From NCBI GenBank assembly GCA_030609625.1, contig JAUWBX010000001.1, positions 1-34,441 on the forward strand: DNA of 34,441 bases, given 5' to 3'. Position 1 is the first letter of the stretch; every line of letters starts with the position of its first letter. The position numbers and the translations under genes are program-made. This stretch comes from Phycisphaerae bacterium. Lineage in GTDB: Bacteria; Planctomycetota; Phycisphaerae; Sedimentisphaerales; Anaerobacaceae. The notes below the pieces were generated by a model, which made no database searches, was not told the DNA's origin, and saw only the letters and a program-made list of their open reading frames with translations. Below are positions 1 through 7,914 of the stretch, one piece after another.

Positions 1-42
1 GCCAGCGATCCCTTCCAGCACCCTCCCGCCGGCGTTAAATTG

Positions 43-432
43 CTAGCTCCCGATAACCAGATAGGCGATCACCAGTGCGATCACGGCCAGCAGCCGGGCC
101 GTGTTGTTATACCGTCTGCCTATTATCTCCGGTACCGAGATGGCCTCGATTTCCCGGGCCCGCGTGGCGATAAAGGAAAGCAATATCATGCCGACGAAGG
201 TTCCCAAAGGAAGGAAGAAGGCGGCCATGCCGACTTCATAGGTCTTGCCGGCGTTGCCCACAATCGAACCTGTTCCGATCCAGACGGCCAACATTGTGCA
301 CACCATAATCCAGGGTGAGAGGCTCCTGCCCGCGACGGTGAAATCCTCCTGCGTCTTGACCTGCCGGGATTTATAAATCCCGATACCGGTCAGGACAAAC
401 AAATAGACGAATATGGCAATTAAATAAGTCAT
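43..432 (-). CDS. sodium:solute symporter (SSF) family protein, N-terminal 129 aa ending at an in-frame TAG; family-like sequence continues in frame to the window edge
   Basis: The ORF-track protein has typical SSF N-terminal TM helices (GRSLSPWIMVCTMLAVWIGTGSIVGNAG). Reverse complement of 1..60 reads LVIGS-TAG-QFNAGGRVLEGIAG in one frame. The part after the stop matches the conserved SSF xFVAGGxLFE region. Confidence 0.7.
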   Translation of the reverse strand: MTYLIAIFVYLFVLTGIGIYKSRQVKTQEDFTVAGRSLSPWIMVCTMLAVWIGTGSIVGNAGKTYEVGMAAFFLPLGTFVGMILLSFIATRAREIEAISVPEIIGRRYNNTARLLAVIALVIAYLVIGS

Positions 433-439
433 AACTCTC

Positions 440-2119
440 TCATTTTATAAACTGATTCACAAAGTATTTTGGTGTCAATGGCTCCCCGGTTGCCCGCTCG
501 ATCATCTCGTTCCAATGATAGAGTGCTCCCGGTCCGAGAACTTTCCCACGCAGATAATCCCCGACCCTTCTGTCTCCGACATAGCTAACGCCTTCATCCG
601 ATTTAAGCATTAAAACTTTGTGAACGATATGGTTATGCAGTTGAGATGCTAACAGCTCACCCATCATATAATTGTGATAATAACATGGCGCAGTGGTGAA
701 ATGAAGTTTGGATGCCCAGCCTGCATCAACAGGCCCTGGCGGCCGTCTAACAAATTGATATTTCTCAACCAAATCCCACCATAGTGTATTCAGGTCCTGG
801 TTGGGGTTGGCATACAGTTGCTTTTCAAAATTATACATAACCATAGCCCAACGGGCAAAAAGCACCTGTTGGAACCGCAGATATTTTTCGCTCACCCTTT
901 CAATCTTCGCCCGTTGTTCGTCTGACAAATCCAACATTCGCTGCATCCAGGCAGCATTACGGCTCAATCTACCGAAGAACATCGCTATAGCTTCGGTGGT
1001 GAAACTGTGAGCCGGCTCCCTGAGCAGCCAAGGCTCTTTCCGATTATGGTATTTGCTGTAAACCGCATGGCCCAGTTCATGTAATATCGTCTCCATCCAG
1101 CGTTCGGTATTTTGAAGGTTACACAAAATACGAACATCCCCGTGGCGGTCCCCTTCAAAGCTGAAAGCATGTGGATATTTACCTTCACGGTCATATAAAT
1201 CACTTCTGGCAAGAATATCATCCACAGGCAGGCCGATGCCGGCGTAATATTTTTCCGCTAATTCTTTCACGTCCTGGTCTTTGTAATAGATATCCAAATC
1301 CAGGTCATAAACCAGAGGCGTTCTTTGAAAGAAGGGGTCATGATAGTGCCAGGGCATCAAATCCTCGGGGGTAATGCCATAACCCTCTGCCAGGACGCGG
1401 TCCAGCTCTTTCTTCAATCGGGCAAAGGGTTCGCTGGTCAATTCACAAAGCTCATCGAAAATGCGGTCGAGTTCTTCCGCACTCTGCTCGCCTGTAACTA
1501 TAGAAAGAGTATGATAATTGTCAAAACCAACCTTTCGGGCCGCCTTGTTGCGCAGCTTGACCAATTCGACCAGGTCATCAACAATCGCGTCTCCCACCTG
1601 TTTGCTTGCCCTCCAGGCCAGCTCCCTTTTGCGGCAATCTTTTCCCGTTGTTAAGATTGTATAAATGTCACTCATTGTAACCTTTTGGCCGTCCATGGTG
1701 CCGCGAAAAGTGTTGTACTTTTCCTGGATTTTACTGTCCGAATCAACAAGTTTTTCCAACAGCTCCGGTTCTATCTGATTCTTCAGATAGGCATAGTATA
1801 ATTTATCTAATTGTCGGACCGCTCTGGCATCCCTGATTTGCCCGGACTCTTTCATATCTTTTAGCAAGGCATACTCTTGAGGGCCGCTGTAGATTTGCCG
1901 AATCTTAAGCTGTAATTGCTTAAGCTTATTATAATCTTCCGGCCTGCCTGTCGTGGAAGCATCCCAATAGGCAAGATTCGCCTGCGTTGACAGAGGTTCG
2001 ACTTTTGCGATATGAATTTCAATAAACCGCTCTAATTGTTTTTCCTTTGTGATGTGCCCGCAACCTAAAAGAAAAAGGGATAGAACAAATGATGTCACTA
2101 CGACTGATTTTTTTCTCAT
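440..2119 (-). CDS. M2-family (ACE-like peptidyl-dipeptidase) zinc metallopeptidase, predicted lipoprotein
   Basis: HELGH followed about 23 aa later by TTEAIAMF, the HExxH...EAIxD gluzincin arrangement of family M2. N-terminal signal peptide with lipobox LLGC. Confidence 0.75.
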   Translation of the reverse strand: MRKKSVVVTSFVLSLFLLGCGHITKEKQLERFIEIHIAKVEPLSTQANLAYWDASTTGRPEDYNKLKQLQLKIRQIYSGPQEYALLKDMKESGQIRDARAVRQLDKLYYAYLKNQIEPELLEKLVDSDSKIQEKYNTFRGTMDGQKVTMSDIYTILTTGKDCRKRELAWRASKQVGDAIVDDLVELVKLRNKAARKVGFDNYHTLSIVTGEQSAEELDRIFDELCELTSEPFARLKKELDRVLAEGYGITPEDLMPWHYHDPFFQRTPLVYDLDLDIYYKDQDVKELAEKYYAGIGLPVDDILARSDLYDREGKYPHAFSFEGDRHGDVRILCNLQNTERWMETILHELGHAVYSKYHNRKEPWLLREPAHSFTTEAIAMFFGRLSRNAAWMQRMLDLSDEQRAKIERVSEKYLRFQQVLFARWAMVMYNFEKQLYANPNQDLNTLWWDLVEKYQFVRRPPGPVDAGWASKLHFTTAPCYYHNYMMGELLASQLHNHIVHKVLMLKSDEGVSYVGDRRVGDYLRGKVLGPGALYHWNEMIERATGEPLTPKYFVNQFIK

Positions 2120-2208
2120 AACAAATCTCCACTTGCCAGGGAATCATCTGATCAGGAAATCAAGCTGCCTGATAACCTGGTACCCTGATAACTTAATGTC
2201 CTAATCCT

Positions 2209-4572
2209 CTATAATGATTGCTGCTCGGTGCGGGCGATGATTTCGTTTTGCAGGTCTCGGCCCACATCTACGAAGTAATCGCTGAAACCAGCCACCCTTA
2301 CTATCAGGTCACGATGCTGTTCAGGATTTTGCTGGGCTTCCCGCAGAGTTTCGGCATCGATGACATTGAACTGGATATGATGGCCGTCGAGCTTGAAGTA
2401 GGACCTGATCAGATGAACAAGCTTATCAATACCATCACCGGCGAGCACCTGCGGATTGAATTTCATATTTAACAGGGTTCCGCCGGTGCGGACGTGGTCG
2501 ATTCTGGCTGCTGACTTGATAACAGCGGTTGGACCCTTGGTATCGCAGCCCTGGGTGGGTGATATACCCTCGGAGACCGGCTCGCCGGCTTTTCTGCCGT
2601 TGGGCAGCGCACCAACTACAGAGCCGAAATAGATATGTACCGTTGTGGGAAGCAGGTTCACACGATACTTGCCGCCCTTGGTATTCGGACGGCCGTTGAG
2701 CAAATCGTAGTAAGCGTTAAATACTTCTTCGGCAATGCTGTCCGCGTAATTATCGTCATTGCCGTATTTGGGTGTATGATGCAGCAGCATTTGCTGCAGG
2801 CGTTCGTGTCCTTTAAAATCAGCCTGCATCGCCGTCAGTAATCCATCCATAGCGATGTTTTGCTGCTCGAAAACATTATACTTTACCGCTGCCAGCGCAT
2901 CGGTTACCGTGCCGATACCAACACCCTGGATATAGGTTGGATTATACCTTGCCCCGCCGTTGTGGTAATCGAGCCCACGAGCGATGCAGTCGTCCATTAG
3001 AATTGACATAAAGGGAGCAGGCATGTAGTTAGCATAGAGCCGTTCGATGACATTGTTAGACCTGATTTTTAAATCGATGAAATATCTGAGTTGTTCCTTA
3101 TAGGCATCCATTAGCTGCTGATAAGAATTGAATTTGCGGGCATCACCTGTTTGAGGACCAACCTGCTCGCCTGAGTTCGAATCAACTCCATTGTTGCAGG
3201 CCAGCTCAAAAATCTTGGGCCAATTTATGTAGCCGGTCAGAGTGCAGCTTTCCTTGCCGAACGAGCTGACTGTTACACATCCGCTGGGACCTCCTGTGCG
3301 GGCGTCCGTCATATTCTTGCCGTCCTGAAGCATTTCCTTGATGATGACGTCGGTGTTAAACACGGAAGGTTGGCCGAATCCGGCGCGAACCACCTCGCAG
3401 GCACGCTTTAGGAACCGGTCCGGACTCCTCTTACTGATTTGAATACAGGAGCTGGGCTGGGGCAGACGCATCTCCTCGACCACATCCAAAATCATATATG
3501 AAATATCGTTGACTGCATTACTTCCATCGGCCGGTCTTACCCCGCCAGTATTAATCAATGCAAAGTCAACGTAGGTTCCGCTTTGTTCTTCGGTAACTCC
3601 AACTTTCGGCGGAGCAGGCTGATTATTGAACTTTATCCAGAAGCACTGCAGCAGCTCTTTAGCCTGTTCGGGCGACAAGGTCCCTTCCTGTAAGCCCATT
3701 TCGTAAAACCCCAGTAAGTGCTGGTCAAGGCGGCCGGGATTGAAGGAGTCCCATGTATTCAGTTCTGTAATCACGGACAGATGTACAAACCAGTACGACT
3801 GCAATGCCTCCAAAAAATTGCGAGGTGCATGAGCTGGTACATGTGAACAAACCTCGGCTATTTGTTCCAATTCGCTACGGCGAACAGCATCGCTCTCCTG
3901 TTGTGCTAATTCCCTCGCCTTGGCGGCGTACCGCTGAGCGAAGATAATAACTGCGTCGGCACAAACGCTCATAGCCCGGTATTCCTGGTCCTTTTCATAG
4001 GCGTACGGGTCATTAAAATAGTCGAGTTTTTTCCGGTTTTCCGCGATGTCACGTTTAAAATCCAGCATACCCTTGTGGTAAATCTTGTCATCAAGAATAG
4101 CGTGGCCGGGGGCACGTTGTTCCATAAATTCCGTGAACACTCCTGCGTTAAATGCCTGGTGCCACTTTTGGTCCATAGCGCCGAAGAGTTTTTCCCGCAT
4201 GGTTTTGCCTGTCCAGAATGGAATGATTCTCTCGCTGTAGATTTTTCTAACCTCTTCCGTAACCACAAATGGTGTTCTTTCCCGACTATTCAGTATGCGC
4301 AGGTCCTCCAAGCTATGGCAGCACAGTTCGGGGTAAGTCGGCGTGGCCTTCGGAGCTGGGCCACGCTCACCCACAATCAGCTCACCGTCGTTAATACATA
4401 TCGCCTTGTTCTCCATAAGGTACTTAAATGATAAAGCACGACAGACTGGAACAGATTCACGTTGGGGAATATCGCTCTTATAAAACTCAGTCAACAGTTC
4501 CGCCCGTTCAGTGGAAATGTACGGCCTGATATCAACACTTTGTTTCCGTAGTTTTGCTACTCTTTCGTTCAT
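2209..4572 (-). CDS. glycyl radical enzyme, PFL2/glycerol-dehydratase-like family (substrate unknown)
   Basis: C-terminal glycyl radical motif RVAGFSDY (Gly codon 2287..2289). Mid-protein Cys loop GPSGCVTVSSFGKE (Cys codon 3277..3279). The preferred start is ATG 4572 (MNERVAKL), 4 nt after the activase stop and preceded by GGTGG. The ORF track extends the ORF to 4599. Confidence 0.9.
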   Translation of the reverse strand: MNERVAKLRKQSVDIRPYISTERAELLTEFYKSDIPQRESVPVCRALSFKYLMENKAICINDGELIVGERGPAPKATPTYPELCCHSLEDLRILNSRERTPFVVTEEVRKIYSERIIPFWTGKTMREKLFGAMDQKWHQAFNAGVFTEFMEQRAPGHAILDDKIYHKGMLDFKRDIAENRKKLDYFNDPYAYEKDQEYRAMSVCADAVIIFAQRYAAKARELAQQESDAVRRSELEQIAEVCSHVPAHAPRNFLEALQSYWFVHLSVITELNTWDSFNPGRLDQHLLGFYEMGLQEGTLSPEQAKELLQCFWIKFNNQPAPPKVGVTEEQSGTYVDFALINTGGVRPADGSNAVNDISYMILDVVEEMRLPQPSSCIQISKRSPDRFLKRACEVVRAGFGQPSVFNTDVIIKEMLQDGKNMTDARTGGPSGCVTVSSFGKESCTLTGYINWPKIFELACNNGVDSNSGEQVGPQTGDARKFNSYQQLMDAYKEQLRYFIDLKIRSNNVIERLYANYMPAPFMSILMDDCIARGLDYHNGGARYNPTYIQGVGIGTVTDALAAVKYNVFEQQNIAMDGLLTAMQADFKGHERLQQMLLHHTPKYGNDDNYADSIAEEVFNAYYDLLNGRPNTKGGKYRVNLLPTTVHIYFGSVVGALPNGRKAGEPVSEGISPTQGCDTKGPTAVIKSAARIDHVRTGGTLLNMKFNPQVLAGDGIDKLVHLIRSYFKLDGHHIQFNVIDAETLREAQQNPEQHRDLIVRVAGFSDYFVDVGRDLQNEIIARTEQQSL

Positions 4573-4576
4573 ATTA

Positions 4577-5500
4577 TTAACCACCAATCTTAACCTCAAA
4601 TCCGTATTTGCTAAGATTCTTTGCTATCGAGTTCATTTTCTCCTCGCCGGGAGTTTCAACTTGCATGAGTTTGCTCTCCGTCGTAAGTCGAGCTGATTTT
4701 TCTTTTCCTCCGCGGTTGAAGGGCAGAATATCTATTCTGCTGACACTTTGCAGTGACGCTGTAAATTTGCCTGTCGCTTCAATATTTGCCTTCTCGTCAT
4801 TAAAGCCGGGAACGACCGGAATCCTGATAACGATTTCTTTGCTGGCCTCCGAGAGACGCCTGATATTATCCAATATCAAATTGTTTCCCACGCCGGTAAA
4901 ACGCTCGTGAATTTCGTTGTCCATATGTTTGAGGTCGCAAAGAAACAAATCAGTTCTTTTGCTGACCATTTCTACAATCTTCGGTTCTGCATAACAGCTC
5001 GTATCCACCGCTGTGTGTATCTGCTGCGCCTGGCATTGATTCAGCAGAGCAAGAAGGAACTCCGGCTGCATCAGCGGTTCGCCTCCGGAGAATGTAACAC
5101 CACCGCCGGACTGGTCGTAGAAAATAATATCTTGTTCAACTTCAGCCATGACCTCACTAACGGTCATCTCTTGTCCAATTATCTCCCTCGCACCGGCTAT
5201 ACAAGCCTCCACACATTGGCCGCAGAGATTGCATTTGTTCATGTCTGTTATAGGCTGGTTTTCAACTATCTCCGTTAGAAATCTTCTCTTTTCGCCCCTG
5301 CTGCCCCGTGGTAGAATTTCTCCCGAAGGGACGCCCTTTGGCCATAACGGGACAAGCGAAATCGCCTGCTGTGGGCATACCTCTGCGCATTGGCCGCATC
5401 CTATACATCGGCCTTTGCGCAGGCCGTGTTCGACGTAACTGCTCCAGCTTTCCGGATTGTGGCACCACTGGCACTGCAATGGACAGCCTTTGAAGAACAC
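4577..5500 (-). CDS. glycyl-radical enzyme activating protein (radical SAM, with two extra 4Fe-4S ferredoxin motifs)
   Basis: CPLQCQWCHN radical-SAM CxxxCxxC motif, plus CIGCGQCAEVCP and CNLCGQCVEAC. 5500 is the first canonical start (GTG), but the conserved N-terminus (IKGLIFDIKKYAIHDGPGIRTT) continues upstream in frame to 5566. Confidence 0.9.
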   Translation of the reverse strand: MFFKGCPLQCQWCHNPESWSSYVEHGLRKGRCIGCGQCAEVCPQQAISLVPLWPKGVPSGEILPRGSRGEKRRFLTEIVENQPITDMNKCNLCGQCVEACIAGAREIIGQEMTVSEVMAEVEQDIIFYDQSGGGVTFSGGEPLMQPEFLLALLNQCQAQQIHTAVDTSCYAEPKIVEMVSKRTDLFLCDLKHMDNEIHERFTGVGNNLILDNIRRLSEASKEIVIRIPVVPGFNDEKANIEATGKFTASLQSVSRIDILPFNRGGKEKSARLTTESKLMQVETPGEEKMNSIAKNLSKYGFEVKIGG

Positions 5501-5650
5501 TGTCGTGCGGATACCCGGGCCATCATGTATGGCGTACTTCTTGATGTCGAATATGAGTCCCTTTATCTCTAATTCCTATTCAAGATTAATTTAGATTTAC
5601 CGTTTAATCTTTCTTTACACTAAGATACCAAATCTGCCTGATAATAGCAA

Positions 5651-5917
5651 CTATCCTGGGCGTCGTTTTGCAGATTCTGTCTCATTTCGAATAGACCAGT
5701 TTTCGGGGAGTATTATAAAATATCGGGCGGCTGCACAGCGAAATCTTCCGATAAAATGGGATAATTTATGCTTATAAAAGCCATTAGGTGCTTGAAGAAT
5801 CCACCCACAAACGACAGATGGGACCGAAATAATATGAAGAAGTAGATTTTTCTTGCCTTTCAGATTTCTTTCTGCTATAATGTGTTTAATTGGGGATAGT
5901 ACAGTAGGTCTTGCCAT
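5651..5917 (-). CDS. hypothetical 88-aa ORF in the divergent intergenic region (may be non-coding)
   Basis: Only an ATG-initiated ORF. No recognisable motif and no clear RBS. Confidence 0.2.
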   Translation of the reverse strand: MARPTVLSPIKHIIAERNLKGKKNLLLHIISVPSVVCGWILQAPNGFYKHKLSHFIGRFRCAAARYFIILPENWSIRNETESAKRRPG

Positions 5918-6003
5918 TTTCCAACACAGGATGTTGCTGGTTCAGAGAATCTTTGGGCGTGCATTGCGCCTTTATTCCGGACCAGCTTAAGGAGATAGCT
6001 AAT

Positions 6004-7824
6004 ATGAATGGCGCAATAAGTAAGGTGTGTGTTGTTTTTTTCTATTTATGCTCAGTTGTTTGTGTTGCTGATGCTCCCCAACAATCTTCACAACTCTCAC
6101 CTGGTAAGACCAAACGTGAGACGCAGATCGAGCAACTGAGTTTACCCGAAGATACGAGCCCACGCTTGACCGTAAGGGAACTGCTCATCAGTGGCAATAT
6201 TCGCATATCAACTGAAGAGCTGCTGGAGGGCATGCCTTTGGTATATAACGCCTCCGATGAACCTTTACTGAAGGCCGAAAGCCAATATCTTTATGACCTT
6301 AGAGTCATCCATGACATAATATCTCAGCCAGACCTGCCCCGCATGGTTTCGTCGAGGACTATTCAGGGCTTAACGCAATATATACTGTCTGTGTACGAAG
6401 ACAATCATTACGCGGGTATATATGTTTATGTGCCGGAGGCGTCGATTAAAGACGGTGTGGAGTTGGTGGGTGAGCTTTTATTCATAAAAGTTCTCGAAAT
6501 CCCGATTACTGGAACAAAAATAGAGTTTTACGATGCTAACCAGAACGAGGTTGAAAAAGGTTATCTTCGCCGTTCTATCCTCCATAAGTGGTCCCCGCTG
6601 AAAATGGGTGAAGTGGCAAACCAAAAAGCACTGGATGATTTTGTCAATCTTCTCAATCTCAATCCCGACAGATATGTAGCTGCCATTGTCTCGAGAGGCG
6701 TCGAGCCGAACACACTGGCCTTAGGGTACAACGTTTATGAAACGAATCCCTGGCATTATTTTATCCAATTAGATAATTCCGGCACAAGGGACAGGCAATG
6801 GTCTCCAAGAATTGGCCTGATCAATACTAATCTTCTGGGCATAGACGATAGATTAACCGCTGTTTATCAGGCCCCTGCGGATTCGAGTATGGATGACAAT
6901 TATTCGTTGTTCGGAAGCTACGACTTTCCACTAATCGGTCCTCGACTTCGCCTTGGGCTTTACGGCGGATACAGTAAGTTTGACATAGTCCCGGAGGCTG
7001 GTCTGTTCAATTTCCTCGGCAGCGGTTCATTCTATGGCGGTATATTGCGTTACAATGTCTTTCAAACGAAGGGTTGGTTCTTTGATGTTACCGGTTCGCT
7101 AAGCCACGAAAGAAGCAAGATCACTCCTTCGTTGTTCCCTGAGTTTCTCGCCAGTGATGTAGGGATGGATTTATGGGGAATTGGGATTGATATTCATCGT
7201 TCAGATGATATGTCACGTACCTCTTTTACCTTCAACAGGGTTGAAAGCATGGGTGGTTCGGACCGTGCCCAGTTCGCGCTTGCCCGAACGGGCGCAGACC
7301 CGGATTTTAGTATTTATACCACCTCAGCTAACCACAACCGGTACCTGGATCAAAACAAAATTCAGCAGCTAAGGGGTGCTTTCAGATACATAAAGCCCAA
7401 CGAAAGATTAATCCCTGCAAAAATGACTACCTTCGGAGGAATGTACTCTGTTAGAGGCTATGATGAATATGAAATCGTTGCCGACGGCGGCATACTTGCA
7501 TCCGCTCAATATGAGTTTGACTTGGTGAAATATAACCAGGCCTGGCAGATTGACGAGCCAGAGCCGGACGAAGTTGAATCTAAGAGACTTCAACTCAAAA
7601 AGCTGGCCCCGTTGGCGTTTATTGACTTCGGCCGAGCCAGAATAAAAGACCCTGTCGGTAACGAAAAGGGACATGAGACACTTCTTTCGATAGGCATAGG
7701 CACAATCTTGGAACTTGGTGATAATTTTAGTGCAGGAGTGTATTACGGCTATCCACTCAAAGCAACAGATGATACCAAAAGAGGAAAAGGCCGACTGAGC
7801 GTAAACCTTATGTTGCGGTGGTAG
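6004..7824 (+). CDS. two-partner secretion outer-membrane transporter (TpsB; ShlB/FhaC/HecB family)
   Basis: ATG 6004 is preceded by AAGGAG and opens a signal peptide (MNGAISKVCVVFFYLCSVVCVADA). C-terminal barrel has the FGGMYSVRGY motif and a terminal aromatic residue (LMLRW). It lies directly upstream of a TPS-domain protein. Confidence 0.85.
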   Translation: MNGAISKVCVVFFYLCSVVCVADAPQQSSQLSPGKTKRETQIEQLSLPEDTSPRLTVRELLISGNIRISTEELLEGMPLVYNASDEPLLKAESQYLYDLRVIHDIISQPDLPRMVSSRTIQGLTQYILSVYEDNHYAGIYVYVPEASIKDGVELVGELLFIKVLEIPITGTKIEFYDANQNEVEKGYLRRSILHKWSPLKMGEVANQKALDDFVNLLNLNPDRYVAAIVSRGVEPNTLALGYNVYETNPWHYFIQLDNSGTRDRQWSPRIGLINTNLLGIDDRLTAVYQAPADSSMDDNYSLFGSYDFPLIGPRLRLGLYGGYSKFDIVPEAGLFNFLGSGSFYGGILRYNVFQTKGWFFDVTGSLSHERSKITPSLFPEFLASDVGMDLWGIGIDIHRSDDMSRTSFTFNRVESMGGSDRAQFALARTGADPDFSIYTTSANHNRYLDQNKIQQLRGAFRYIKPNERLIPAKMTTFGGMYSVRGYDEYEIVADGGILASAQYEFDLVKYNQAWQIDEPEPDEVESKRLQLKKLAPLAFIDFGRARIKDPVGNEKGHETLLSIGIGTILELGDNFSAGVYYGYPLKATDDTKRGKGRLSVNLMLRW

Positions 7825-7914
7825 CAATCTTGCCTGGCAATAACAGCCGAGATTGAAATATAAGGCGACAATAAGCATGCAAAATTAAGATCGATGTAGG
7901 CAGGAGAAGAGGTG

